DNA of 42,826 nucleotides from Flavobacteriales bacterium. GTDB taxonomy: Bacteria; Bacteroidota; Bacteroidia; Flavobacteriales_E; Vicingaceae. The translations under genes and the position numbers were made by a program. This document shows, one piece after another, positions 15,024-25,273 of this stretch (positions are counted from its first letter, which is position 1; the number at the start of each line of letters is the position of its first letter). The stretch lies in contig JAESTF010000333.1 in NCBI GenBank assembly GCA_016763795.1, positions 1 to 42,826 on the forward strand, in the 5' to 3' direction. The notes under the pieces were generated by a model, which saw only the letters and a list, made by a program, of their open reading frames with translations, did no database searches and had not been told where the DNA came from.

Positions 15024-17489
15024 ATGAGAAAAATTATTGCAGTACTCTTGTTATTCATTTCTATAGCAACATTTGCTCAAAAACAAATGAACTCATCAGA
15101 AATTAAATTAGCATTAAAAAAGCTGAATATTTTAGGCAGCGTTTTATATCTTGCTGCACACCCCGATGATGAAAACACTCGATTAATTGCTTATATGGCC
15201 AATGAGAAATTGGTAAGAACAGGCTATTTATCTTTGACACGAGGTGATGGCGGGCAAAATCTTATTGGAACAGAAAAAGGACCTTTAATGGGTGTTTTAA
15301 GAACGCAAGAATTATTAGAGGCTAGAAAGCTTGATGGAGGAGAACAATTTTTTACACGTGCTGTAGATTTTGGTTATTCTAAAACGGCTGAAGAAACTTT
15401 TGTAAAATGGGATAAACAAAAAGTGCTGGCAGATGTTGTTTGGGCAATAAGAAAGTTTAGACCGGATGTAATTATTACTCGTTTTCCTCCTACAAAAAGA
15501 GCAGGACACGGACATCATACCGCATCAGCAATATTAGCAGCAGAGGCTTTTGATTTGGCAGCAGATCCAAAAGCATTTCCTGAACAACTTGCATATACAT
15601 CTGTTTGGCAACCTAAACGATTATATTTAAACACGAGTACTTGGTGGGATAAAGAGTTACCTCAAAAAGCAAAAGATAATCCAGCTAAATATATCACTAT
15701 TGATGTTGGAACTTACAATACTTTATTAGGAAAATCGTATTCTGAAATTGCTTCAGAAAGTAGAACAATGCATAAGAGTCAAGGTTTTGGTTCTGGAAAA
15801 GTACGAGGTTCTAAATTAGAATATTTAGAATTAGTTAAAGGAGAAAAAGGTGAGAATAACGATATTTTTGATGGTGTTGATATTTCGTGGAATAGAATAA
15901 AAAATGGCAATGAAATTAAAAAAATATTATCTGAAACAAATTATAGCTACGAAATAGAACACCCAGAAAGGATAGTTCCTCAATTATTTAAAGCATACCA
16001 ACTAATTGATAAATTACCCGATAGTGAACAATGGAAATGGGTGAAACTAAGTAAACTTAGAGAAGTAATTTCTACTTGTGCTGGTTTATTTGTTGAGGTT
16101 ACAGCTGAAGATTATAGTGTGGCTACTGGGACAGAAATAAAACTGACTACACGTTTAGTGAATAGAAGCAGTCTTAAAGTAGAATTACTTGACGCAAAAT
16201 ACGGAGAAAAGGATACTACAATTAATATTATGCTAGCTAATAATGAGACCTTAAGTTTTGAAAGTAGCTTTACTTGTTCAAATAATCAAAAAACAAACCC
16301 GTATTGGTTAAAACATGATTTTGAAGGGATTTACACTGTAGATTCTCAGAGTTTAATTGGAGTTCCGCAAAACCGTAGTTCTATATCAGTATTGTTTACT
16401 TTTAAAATTAATGATGTTTATTTTCCTGTCTTCAGAAATGTAACTTATAAACATACTGACAGAGTAAAAGGAGAAATTTATCGTCCGTTTGTAGTATTGC
16501 CAAAAGTAACGGCTAATGTTTCTGATAATGTATTTATTTTCTCAAATAGTTTACCTAAAGAGATTCGTGTGACTCTTCAAGCGCACAAAGAAAATGAAAC
16601 AGGAAATGTTTCCTTAAGCCTTCCTCTTGGTTGGAAATCTGAACCTTTATCTATTCAATATAATTTGATAAAAAAGAATGAAGAAATAATAGCTGTTTTT
16701 AATGTTACTCCATCAGCTAACGAAAGTGTTGGAGAAGTGAAAGTGATTTTGAATAATTTAGAGAAAACAGCTAAAAGTTTAATTGCGATTGAATACGATC
16801 ATATTCAAACCCAAACCTTATTACCAGAAGCAAAAGCGAAACTGGTTCGATTAAACGTACAAATTAAAGGCAAAAAAATAGGTTATATTAAAGGAGCAGG
16901 AGATGAAGTGCCATCTGCTTTAGAACAATTGGGTTATTCCATTACCATGTTGGATGAAAATAGCTTAAAGAATAATGATTTATCACAATATGATGCAATT
17001 GTTGCAGGAATAAGAACTTACAACACCAATGATTACATGGCGAATGTGTACGACAAATTAATGGAGTACGTAAAAAATGGAGGTAACTATGTAGTACAAT
17101 ACAATACGAATAGGCGAGTTGATACTAGAACAATGGCTCCTTACCCTTTAAAACTATCGAGAGATAGGGTTACGGTTGAAGAAGCTAAAACTACTTTTTT
17201 AGCTCCTGAACATACTATTATGAACACTCCTAATAAAATTTTAATGTCAGATTTTGATAATTGGGTGCAAGAAAGAGGTCTGTATTTTCCGAATGAATGG
17301 GATAAAAATTACACTCCTATTTTAGGTTGGAAAGATCCCAATGAAGAAATGGTGAAAGGAAGTTTGTTAGTTGCTAGTTACGGAAAAGGAAGCTTTATTT
17401 ATACAGGAATTTCATTTTTCAGAGAATTACCTGCTGGTGTTTCAGGAGCATTTAAGTTATTTGCTAATATTGTGTCTTATGGGAAATGA
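15024..17489 (+). CDS. PIG-L/LmbE family deacetylase with a large C-terminal extension ending in a ThuA/GATase1-like domain
   Basis: Signal peptide MRKIIAVLLLFISIATFAQ. PIG-L signature LAAHPDDENTRLI and RAGHGHH. C-terminal segment IGYIKGAGDEVPSALEQLGY...YDAIVAGIRTYNT. The ATG at 15024 is preferred over the TTG at 14961. Confidence 0.8.
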   Translation: MRKIIAVLLLFISIATFAQKQMNSSEIKLALKKLNILGSVLYLAAHPDDENTRLIAYMANEKLVRTGYLSLTRGDGGQNLIGTEKGPLMGVLRTQELLEARKLDGGEQFFTRAVDFGYSKTAEETFVKWDKQKVLADVVWAIRKFRPDVIITRFPPTKRAGHGHHTASAILAAEAFDLAADPKAFPEQLAYTSVWQPKRLYLNTSTWWDKELPQKAKDNPAKYITIDVGTYNTLLGKSYSEIASESRTMHKSQGFGSGKVRGSKLEYLELVKGEKGENNDIFDGVDISWNRIKNGNEIKKILSETNYSYEIEHPERIVPQLFKAYQLIDKLPDSEQWKWVKLSKLREVISTCAGLFVEVTAEDYSVATGTEIKLTTRLVNRSSLKVELLDAKYGEKDTTINIMLANNETLSFESSFTCSNNQKTNPYWLKHDFEGIYTVDSQSLIGVPQNRSSISVLFTFKINDVYFPVFRNVTYKHTDRVKGEIYRPFVVLPKVTANVSDNVFIFSNSLPKEIRVTLQAHKENETGNVSLSLPLGWKSEPLSIQYNLIKKNEEIIAVFNVTPSANESVGEVKVILNNLEKTAKSLIAIEYDHIQTQTLLPEAKAKLVRLNVQIKGKKIGYIKGAGDEVPSALEQLGYSITMLDENSLKNNDLSQYDAIVAGIRTYNTNDYMANVYDKLMEYVKNGGNYVVQYNTNRRVDTRTMAPYPLKLSRDRVTVEEAKTTFLAPEHTIMNTPNKILMSDFDNWVQERGLYFPNEWDKNYTPILGWKDPNEEMVKGSLLVASYGKGSFIYTGISFFRELPAGVSGAFKLFANIVSYGK

Positions 17490-17601
17490 TCTTCAAAAAC
17501 CACCTTTCTTTAAAAACTGGAAAGGGCTATACATTTTTGTGATAGGGTTTTTAATCTTTTTAATTGTTTTGTTCTACCTATTAACTAACACTTATAAGTA
17601 A
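17479..17601 (+). CDS. Possible 40-aa single-TM micro-protein, translationally coupled on both sides
   Basis: MGNDLQKPPFFKNWKGLYIFVIGFLIFLIVLFYLLTNTYK. Its ATG overlaps the deacetylase stop region, and its TAA overlaps the symporter ATG (TAATG at 17599-17603). Confidence 0.35.
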   Translation: MGNDLQKPPFFKNWKGLYIFVIGFLIFLIVLFYLLTNTYK

Positions 17602-19334
17602 TGAGTATAATCGATTGGGTGGTAATGCTCGGAACATTAGGGTTTATAGTTGTTTATGGAACTTGGAAAACACGTAAAAACGCAAGCTTACAAGATTATT
17701 TGCGTGGTGGTAATGAGATGAAATGGACTACTATTGGTCTTTCTGTAATGGCAACACAGGCAAGTGCTATAACTTTTATTTCTACTCCCGGACAAGCTTA
17801 TGAAAATGGGATGGGGTTTGTACAAAATTATTTTGGTTTACCCATTGCATTAATTATTGTTTCAGCAGTATTTATTCCTATTTATTACAAGCTAAAAGTT
17901 TTTACAGCTTACGAATATTTAGAATCGCGTTTTGGAGTTTCGAGTAGATTATTAGCAGCATTCTTATTTTTAATTCAACGAGGATTAGCAGCTGGAATAA
18001 CTATTTATGCTCCTGCAATTATTCTTTCTACGGCTTTAGATTGGAATTTAAGTTTAACCATTTTACTCATAGGAATTTTAGTAATTATCTACACCGTTTC
18101 TGGAGGAACAAAAGCCGTTAGTTTAACACAGAAATGGCAAATGGGAATTATTATGTCGGGAATGTTTGCTGCATTTTTTATTATTGTTCATGAGCTACCA
18201 GCTTATGTTTCGTTTGGAGATGCTATTAATGTAGCAGGAATAATGGGGAAATTAGATGTAATTGATTTTTCTTTTGATATGGATAAACGTTATACTTTTT
18301 GGACAGGAATTACGGGTGGAACTTTTTTAGCGCTCTCTTATTTCGGAACAGACCAATCGCAAGTACAACGGTATTTAAGCGGTAGCTCTGTTTATGAAAG
18401 TAGAATGGGCTTAATGTTTAATGCTATTATGAAAGTTCCCATGCAATTTTTCATCTTGTTTGTTGGTGTGATGGTTTTTGTATTCTTTCAATATCAAGAA
18501 CATCCCGTTTTGTTTAATGAAAATGCTACTGCAAAAGTGTATCAAACCGAATATGCTGATGATATGAAAGTTATTGAAGCAGATTATTCAGCAGTTTTTA
18601 ATCGGAAAAAAGAAGCATTAAAAATGGTTGTAGCTAATTATGAAAATCCTAACTATGATGAGGAAACATTAGATTATGCCATTCAAACAGTTAAAAATAA
18701 TGAAGCTGAAGCAATAGCAATTAGGGATAAAGCCAAGTTATTAGTAAATAAGGCTGTACCTGATAATAAATCTAAAGATTCCGATTACGTGTTTTTATCT
18801 TTCATTATGAATTACTTGCCCATTGGTTTAGTGGGCTTACTCTTGGCAGTTATTTTTTCTGCAGCTATGTCTTCTACTTCAGGAGAGCTAAATGCATTAG
18901 CAACCACCACTACCATAGATTTTTACAAACGATTAAACAGCAAAGAACATTCAGAACAACATTATTTAATTGCATCAAAAGTATTAACTGCTGTTTGGGG
19001 AGTATTGGCAATTATGTTTGCTTTTTTTGCTGCTTTTTCTGAAAACTTAATCGAACTGGTAAATATACTTGGTTCTATATTTTACGGCACTATTTTAGGG
19101 ATTTTCTTAATTGCATTTTTCTTAAAACGAATAAAAGGAAAAGCCACTTTTATTGGAGCTATTATTGCTCAATCTTGTGTGATTATCCTTCACTTTTTCG
19201 GGCAAAAGATAGGAACGCTAATTATGGGTTATGAGGTACAAGAAGTAGCTTATTTATGGTACAATGTAATTGGTTGCGGTTTGGTAATATTCTTTGCTCT
19301 AATTATTAACCCTTTTGATAAGACTAAAGCATAA
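17601..19334 (+). CDS. Sodium:solute symporter (SSS/SSF) family transporter
   Basis: 577 aa with about 13 hydrophobic helices. SSF-like segments (MATQASAITFISTPGQAY, YTVSGGTKAV, GTDQSQVQRYLS) and a long helix 10-11 loop. Confidence 0.85.
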   Translation: MSIIDWVVMLGTLGFIVVYGTWKTRKNASLQDYLRGGNEMKWTTIGLSVMATQASAITFISTPGQAYENGMGFVQNYFGLPIALIIVSAVFIPIYYKLKVFTAYEYLESRFGVSSRLLAAFLFLIQRGLAAGITIYAPAIILSTALDWNLSLTILLIGILVIIYTVSGGTKAVSLTQKWQMGIIMSGMFAAFFIIVHELPAYVSFGDAINVAGIMGKLDVIDFSFDMDKRYTFWTGITGGTFLALSYFGTDQSQVQRYLSGSSVYESRMGLMFNAIMKVPMQFFILFVGVMVFVFFQYQEHPVLFNENATAKVYQTEYADDMKVIEADYSAVFNRKKEALKMVVANYENPNYDEETLDYAIQTVKNNEAEAIAIRDKAKLLVNKAVPDNKSKDSDYVFLSFIMNYLPIGLVGLLLAVIFSAAMSSTSGELNALATTTTIDFYKRLNSKEHSEQHYLIASKVLTAVWGVLAIMFAFFAAFSENLIELVNILGSIFYGTILGIFLIAFFLKRIKGKATFIGAIIAQSCVIILHFFGQKIGTLIMGYEVQEVAYLWYNVIGCGLVIFFALIINPFDKTKA

Positions 19335-19338
19335 AAAA

Positions 19339-19366
19339 AGCTCCATTAGATAATTCTAATGGAGCT
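19339..19366. terminator. Bidirectional rho-independent terminator between convergent genes
   Basis: agctccatta (19339-19348), an 8-nt loop, then taatggagct (19357-19366). An A-run lies on the left and TTCT on the right. Confidence 0.65.
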
Positions 19367-19389
19367 TTCTGAGTTTGATTTACTCTAAA

Positions 19390-22300
19390 TTACTTTATTA
19401 ACTTAGTTGTATAATTACTACTAGCATTATAAAGATTGATAAAGTATAGTCCTTTAGAAACTTTGTTCATATTAACTATTTCAGTTTGTTTTGATGAGCT
19501 AACATTAACTTGTTCTGTTATTACAGTTTGACCTAAAGCATTTACTATGACTAAGTTGTAATCACCTTGAGTTAAATTAGTTAAATTTAATTCTAAATTA
19601 TTACCTGAGTTTAAGAATGTAGTTACTTGTGAACCTTCATTAATATCATTAATCCCAGTACAAATTTCAATAATAGCTGTAACAGGAGTTCTTGCACTAA
19701 TACAGTCATCTTCTTTTACATTCCAATCATAGAAAAAGTAATAGTGGTCTAATCCATTATTAACGTTTGCACTACTATGTGTTATCGATGCTACACCATT
19801 TAGTGTATATGGATAATTTACACTGCCATTATTTCTGTAGAGTTCTATATTAGGTGTATTTGCAGCTAATCCCAACTGGTAATCAGTACCAGGAGTTATC
19901 ATAAAATTAAGCGAGATAACTTGTGCACCAGTTCCTGTTACATTTACAACTTGAGAGTTTAAAACTGAGCCTAAGCTGTTTCTTAACTCTACTATTCGTA
20001 ATCCTGCAGTTGAGGAATAAACAGTTACATCTATTAGCTCAAATGCAGTGTAAGCATCAAAAAATAAATGTTGTTGTGCGTTAAAATCTAGACCACTACC
20101 AGAATCGTCAGTTTTTCCAAAATTTTGTGTTGGAGCAACAATAACATCTTCTACATAATAAGTTGTTGTGGTTGTTATTACTGGAGTTGTGTATGACCCT
20201 CCTGTATTGATAATAGAACCACCTGTTGCAGCAGCATACCAATTTAATGTTCCAGAACCAGAGGCACTTAATGATGTTGTACCGCTACCACAAATACTGT
20301 CTCCATTTACGCTTGGTGCTACTGGAGATTCTACAAAAACGAAATTTGTTTTTATCTCAGTGTCATTACCAATAGTATTTTGCGAATTTAAAGTAACTGT
20401 ATAAAATCCATTTGCTGCATAAACATGCACTGGATTTTGCTGAGTAGATGTATTTCCATCACCAAAATTCCAAGACCAAGCATTTGGAGCATTGGTAGAT
20501 ATGTCTGTAAAGAAAATTTCGCCTGTACATGTTGTGTCAACATTACTTGTGAAATTTGCTGCAGGAGCTTGTGTTGCAAGATTACAAGACCAAGTTAATT
20601 CAAACCCATCTTCTTCTAAACCTCCATCAGAATGAAATAGGACAGTAATTGATCCTGTTGAAGAAGAAATTGTTGTTGGAATATTATCATTACAATATCT
20701 TGCAATTAACGTAGAAGCTGTAGATGCTCCATCATATATTTCAACAAAATCAAAATCACAATTATTATTAGAGCCAGCTTCAACATCAAAGCTTACAAAA
20801 GTTAAATCTACTGTAGCAGCTCCAATTGGTGAAATTGTAATTTGTACATCTTCATTGGCTCCATACTTAGCTGCAGGTCCACCACTATCAAAAATAGTAC
20901 CTGTACAAGCAGTTTGAGTTGTTGCAGTTCCTGCTGTTGGTAAAATTGTAATACAAGGCAAACTAGGGTCAATATTAATATAAGATACTTTTGTTTCTGT
21001 ATCCATACCACAAGAAACACCTCCATCAGCAATTAGTTGAACAGTGTAATTACCATTATTTGAATAAGTATGAGTAGGATTAAGTGTTGTAACTGTTGGA
21101 GAACCATCTCCAAAATCCCAAATAAAAGTAGTTCCGTTAATACTTGTGTTATTAAAACTCACTGTAAAAGGAGCAACACATGATGATGCTAATGGAGCAT
21201 CAAAATTACTAACAGTATTCGCTACATAAGCTGGTCCAACTCCAACTGCATGCCAAGCATTAGTAACTTCTTGAACTTGAGAAGTACAACCTCCAAACAA
21301 GTCTACTGCAGATTGAATTGCATAAAATCGTGCATCTGCATAATTAGATGATTGTGTTAAATAAACAGTAAGGTTTCTAAAAGCTACTTGACCTGCAATA
21401 GTAATACCTAAAGAATTTACGGTGTAACCATCTCCATTATCATTTGTTCCAGATCCACCGTCAGTAAGTAAATAAAACCAAAAATTTTGGACACCACTAT
21501 TGGTATGGACACCGCCATTATCTCCACCACCAAGGGGAGCCCAATTAGTTCCAAAATAAGTATCGGGATCTCCTTTTAATCCTGGGTTTTGCATGTTACG
21601 GATTCCTGTACCTCCTAAATCTTCTCCTATAACCCAATTTGCTTGTGCAGGTCGAGCCATAAATTCAACGGCTACTCCAAAAATATCACTGAATGATTCA
21701 TTTAAAGCACCTGATTCGTCTTGATAAATTAGGTTTGCGGTGTTTGATGTTAATCCATGCGTAATTTCATGGCCTGCAATATCTAATGCTGTAAAAGGAG
21801 AATTGTTTCCTGATCCATCTCCATAAGTCATTCTATTTCCATCCCAAAATGCATTTGAATAGTTATCATCATGGTGAACATGACTAATAAGTGTAAATCC
21901 ATTACCATCAATACTATTTCTACTATGCTGGTTTAGATAATAATCATAAGTCATTTCTGCTCCCCAGTGAGCATCTAACGCTGCATCTGGAGTTGTCCAG
22001 TTTGCAGATCCGTTAGTAATATCGGCTGTAGAATAATTTGTTGTATTTCCATTAGAAAATGTTCTTATTCCGTTTCCTCTACCTGATTCTCTTAAACGAA
22101 ATGGTCCCGTTGAATTATCACTGGTAATAGTTTGTGTACCACTATAAAGTGTTGTAGCCGTTCCTGTAACATCTGCTTCATGAATTTTATTTTGCTGCCA
22201 TACAACATTTCCTGTATTAGCATCAATAAATACATCTCTTCTACTAAAAGGTTCTTGAGCGTAGATGTTAAATTTATAGGCTAACTTTAATTTATTCTCT

Positions 22301-22884
22301 ATTCGACCATTATTATTAATTAGAACTAACTCTCCTTGGGGGTAGTAAGTTGCTGTTAAATCTTCCAGTTCTTCTTTTAATTGAGCCTCTTCAGATTTAA
22401 TTTCCCACTTATAAGTTGTAGCATTAATAAAATTTAACGCTTTTTTTAATGCACTGGATTCATTTAAAGAAGGACTTGATGCAACATTAATATCGCTAAA
22501 AAACTCTCCATTAACAGAAACTACTAATCCATTTTGTACGTGAGCAGTAAAAGCAGACAGTTCAACAGGAATTCCATTTACTGTTTGTTGATAACGATAA
22601 TGTGTAAAGCCTAAGTTTCCGTTTTCTTTTTTGATTAATTTAACACCATACTTAGCATCAGAAATGTAAAACTGATTTAACCATGCTTCCAATTTAACTA
22701 AAGGTACCTCTTTGCCTTTTTTAAATTTTACATAGTTTGGAATGTTTGTAAAACTTTTTAGTCTTACAATTTCGCTATTGGCTACTTTTTCTGAGGCCTT
22801 TTTTCCTGTTAAAACAGTCGCGTTTCTTTCTGCAGCTAATGTTAGTACAGAAAAAATAGAAACAAGGAGTAGTAATTTTTTCAT
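19390..22884 (-). CDS. T9SS-secreted thermolysin-like (M4) zinc metalloprotease with PKD, CUB-like and Ig-like modules
   Basis: Signal peptide and an FTP/PepSY-like propeptide. HEITH at nt 21757-21771 plus the third zinc-ligand motif GALNESFSD. Two PKD-like units (WDFGDGS...HTY, WNFGDGN...HVY). A CUB-like unit (GTIFDSGGPAAKY...CDFDFVEIYDG...FELTWSC). C-terminal T9SS sorting domain (...GLYFINLYNASSNYTTKLIK). Confidence 0.9.
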   Translation of the reverse strand: MKKLLLLVSIFSVLTLAAERNATVLTGKKASEKVANSEIVRLKSFTNIPNYVKFKKGKEVPLVKLEAWLNQFYISDAKYGVKLIKKENGNLGFTHYRYQQTVNGIPVELSAFTAHVQNGLVVSVNGEFFSDINVASSPSLNESSALKKALNFINATTYKWEIKSEEAQLKEELEDLTATYYPQGELVLINNNGRIENKLKLAYKFNIYAQEPFSRRDVFIDANTGNVVWQQNKIHEADVTGTATTLYSGTQTITSDNSTGPFRLRESGRGNGIRTFSNGNTTNYSTADITNGSANWTTPDAALDAHWGAEMTYDYYLNQHSRNSIDGNGFTLISHVHHDDNYSNAFWDGNRMTYGDGSGNNSPFTALDIAGHEITHGLTSNTANLIYQDESGALNESFSDIFGVAVEFMARPAQANWVIGEDLGGTGIRNMQNPGLKGDPDTYFGTNWAPLGGGDNGGVHTNSGVQNFWFYLLTDGGSGTNDNGDGYTVNSLGITIAGQVAFRNLTVYLTQSSNYADARFYAIQSAVDLFGGCTSQVQEVTNAWHAVGVGPAYVANTVSNFDAPLASSCVAPFTVSFNNTSINGTTFIWDFGDGSPTVTTLNPTHTYSNNGNYTVQLIADGGVSCGMDTETKVSYINIDPSLPCITILPTAGTATTQTACTGTIFDSGGPAAKYGANEDVQITISPIGAATVDLTFVSFDVEAGSNNNCDFDFVEIYDGASTASTLIARYCNDNIPTTISSSTGSITVLFHSDGGLEEDGFELTWSCNLATQAPAANFTSNVDTTCTGEIFFTDISTNAPNAWSWNFGDGNTSTQQNPVHVYAANGFYTVTLNSQNTIGNDTEIKTNFVFVESPVAPSVNGDSICGSGTTSLSASGSGTLNWYAAATGGSIINTGGSYTTPVITTTTTYYVEDVIVAPTQNFGKTDDSGSGLDFNAQQHLFFDAYTAFELIDVTVYSSTAGLRIVELRNSLGSVLNSQVVNVTGTGAQVISLNFMITPGTDYQLGLAANTPNIELYRNNGSVNYPYTLNGVASITHSSANVNNGLDHYYFFYDWNVKEDDCISARTPVTAIIEICTGINDINEGSQVTTFLNSGNNLELNLTNLTQGDYNLVIVNALGQTVITEQVNVSSSKQTEIVNMNKVSKGLYFINLYNASSNYTTKLIK

Positions 22885-23060
22885 AATTTAAAAGGAATAG
22901 TTTAGTTAAGTCTATAAATTTAGTACTTTAATATTAAAATGCGATGTCTAATATGACATATTAAAGGAATCCTAACCTTATGAATTAATAAACGGAGCTT
23001 TTTAGGTGGTAACGGTAAACTACTTGGAATTACAAACTGAAAATATATAGAAGTCTCTCT

Positions 23061-24170
23061 TTAAGGTTTTAAATAACCGAAGATCAGTGTCGCAGCTCTT
23101 TTAGAGGCCCCAATTCCACCTAGTTTTTGATTTAATGTTTCATAATCCTTTAACATTTTTTTGCGTGGCTCTATTGATATAATCTTAGTTAGTTCGTTAA
23201 CTAAATTGGTTGTAGAAAGTTTATTCTGAATCAGTTCTTTTACAATTTCTTTATCCATAATTAAATTAACTAAAGAAATGTATTTAACTTTTATAACGAG
23301 CTTAGCTAAATTGTAAAATAACCAGCCAGTTTTGTAACAGACTACTTGTGGTACTTTAAATAAAGCGGTTTCTAATGTTGCAGTACCAGAAACAACTAAG
23401 GCTGCTGTTGAATGTTGTAATAAATCGTAAGTTTTATTTTCAATTAGAGTAATATTTCTATTGATAAATTGTTTGTAAAAACTAAGGTTTTGTGCTGGTG
23501 CTCCTGCTATAATGAATTGGTAATCAGGGAATTTGTGAACAACAGTAAGCATTAAGGAAAGCGTGGATGAGATTTCTTGTTTTCGACTGCCTGGTAATAA
23601 TGCTATAATTGGTTTGTTATTCAATTGATGAGTGCTACAGAATGTTTCAAAAGAAATTTGAGGTCTATCAGCAATAGAATCGAGTAGGGGGTGCCCTACA
23701 AAATCAACAGTGTAATTAAATTTTTTATAAAAATCTTTCTCAAAAGGAAGAATAACAAACATTTTATCTATAATGTTTTTTATTTTAAATCCTCTTTTTT
23801 GATTCCAAGCCCAAATTTTAGGAGAAATATAATAGTAAACTTTTATGTTGTTAGTTTTTGCCCATTTGGCAATTTTCATATTAAACCCAGGGTAATCCAC
23901 TAAAATAAGTACATCAGGATTATACTGTTTAATATCATCCTTGCAAAAAGAAATGTTTTTAAATATGGTTCGGATATTTTTAATGACAGCCTCAACCCCC
24001 ATAAATGCTAATTCCTTATAGTGCTTTACAACAGTGGCTCCTTGTTCTTGCATTAAATCACCACCAAAACATCTAAAATCAGCATTGTTATCAGCTATAG
24101 CTAATTCCTTAATAAGATAAGAGGCTTGTAAATCTCCAGATGCTTCTCCTGCTACAAAATAGTACTTCAT
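23061..24170 (-). CDS. lpxB: Lipid-A-disaccharide synthase
   Basis: N-terminus MKYYFVAGEASGDLQAS and GT19-typical segments (DYPGFNMKIAKWAK, LLPGSRKQEI, VSGTATLETALF). Confidence 0.9.
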   Translation of the reverse strand: MKYYFVAGEASGDLQASYLIKELAIADNNADFRCFGGDLMQEQGATVVKHYKELAFMGVEAVIKNIRTIFKNISFCKDDIKQYNPDVLILVDYPGFNMKIAKWAKTNNIKVYYYISPKIWAWNQKRGFKIKNIIDKMFVILPFEKDFYKKFNYTVDFVGHPLLDSIADRPQISFETFCSTHQLNNKPIIALLPGSRKQEISSTLSLMLTVVHKFPDYQFIIAGAPAQNLSFYKQFINRNITLIENKTYDLLQHSTAALVVSGTATLETALFKVPQVVCYKTGWLFYNLAKLVIKVKYISLVNLIMDKEIVKELIQNKLSTTNLVNELTKIISIEPRKKMLKDYETLNQKLGGIGASKRAATLIFGYLKP

Positions 24171-24175
24171 TAGGA

Positions 24176-24475
24176 TTACATAAAAAACATATAGTACATA
24201 TAAATAGCAGCATAAAGCAGTGTAGCAAACAAAACACCTCTAGCTGATTTATCTTTTTTTAACCAGTAAAAAAGGAAAAACAAACCTAAATTGATAAGCA
24301 AAGCGCCTTTTAAATCATTTACTAAAGGGCTGAACATGGGGTTTTCTATAATGTATTCTAATGTAAAACTAGAATAATAACCTAAAATTGCAGTCATAAT
24401 TAACACCGGAAAAATTAATCCAGGTATTAGACCTATTAAAATATGATCGGCTTTTTTAAAATCTGATTTATCCAT
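24176..24475 (-). CDS. Small integral membrane protein (3 TM) between surE and lpxB
   Basis: 99-aa hydrophobic ORF. It overlaps the surE stop by 8 nt and ends 5 nt before lpxB. No family recognised. Confidence 0.5.
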   Translation of the reverse strand: MDKSDFKKADHILIGLIPGLIFPVLIMTAILGYYSSFTLEYIIENPMFSPLVNDLKGALLINLGLFFLFYWLKKDKSARGVLFATLLYAAIYMYYMFFM

Positions 24476-25238
24476 TTTCTAAGTCTTTTATATCGTTAAT
24501 TAACGAATAGTTGGTAACATCGGGTTGTATAGGAACAATGGATACGTAATTGTTAGACAAAGCCCATTCATCAGTATCTTTTCCTATATCTTCAAGTATA
24601 AATTTCCCTGTTAGCCAATAATATTTTCTACCCATAGGATCTGTTCTTTCATCATATTCTTCTTCCCAATTCCCTCTGGCTTGTCTGCAAATTTTTATAC
24701 CAGCAATAAGGTCTATACTTAAGTTAGGAATATTAACGTTTAAACAGAGGTGTTTCGCATAATTTCCATTGAGTATTTTTATTATTAGTTGTTTTGCATA
24801 ATGTTTTGCAGCTGTAAAATCGGCATCAACAGAGTGGTTGAGTAGTGAAAAACCAATTGATGGAATGCCTTCCAAAGATCCTTCTAATGCTGCTGACATT
24901 GTTCCTGAATAGATAACATTAATAGAAGAATTTGATCCGTAATAAATTCCAGAAATAATTAAATCTGGTTTGCGGTTTAAAATTTTGTTTACAGCAATTT
25001 TAACACAATCAACAGGTGTTCCGCTACAAGAGTAAGCTTTAACACCTTCAATATTCATTTCTTTAACATGTAAGGTAGAATCAAGAGTAATAGCATGACC
25101 CATTCCACTTTGTGGTTTGTCGGGTGCTACCACTACAACTTCACCTAGTTCTTTAGCAACATTTATTAATGCGTTAATTCCTGAGGCGTTAATTCCATCA
25201 TCATTAACTACTAATATTAGAGGGTTTGTTAAATTCAT
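24468..25238 (-). CDS. surE: 5'/3'-nucleotidase SurE
   Basis: ILVVNDDGINASGINAL N-terminal motif, GSNSSINVIYSGTMSAALEG, 256 aa. Confidence 0.9.
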   Translation of the reverse strand: MNLTNPLILVVNDDGINASGINALINVAKELGEVVVVAPDKPQSGMGHAITLDSTLHVKEMNIEGVKAYSCSGTPVDCVKIAVNKILNRKPDLIISGIYYGSNSSINVIYSGTMSAALEGSLEGIPSIGFSLLNHSVDADFTAAKHYAKQLIIKILNGNYAKHLCLNVNIPNLSIDLIAGIKICRQARGNWEEEYDERTDPMGRKYYWLTGKFILEDIGKDTDEWALSNNYVSIVPIQPDVTNYSLINDIKDLENG

Positions 25239-25243
25239 TTAAT

Positions 25244-25251
25244 TATTTTTG
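25244..25251 (+). promoter_or_regulatory. Bacteroidetes-type -7 promoter box (TAnnTTTG) for the usp gene
   Basis: Exact TATTTTTG 22 nt upstream of the ATG at 25274, within the 35-bp divergent surE/usp spacer. Confidence 0.35.
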
Positions 25252-25273
25252 TCAAACTTACAGAGAAACAGTA

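Noticed and set aside
17371-17478. Upstream part of the 76-aa ORF 17371-17601
   Set aside because: This part lies out of frame inside the deacetylase coding sequence. Only the distal 40 codons, from the ATG at 17479, are non-overlapping and plausibly coding.
20168-21032. Several 63-78-aa ORFs on both strands within the metalloprotease gene
   Set aside because: They are all nested in, or antisense to, the 1164-aa protease ORF. Their translations are low-complexity (Q/L/V-rich).
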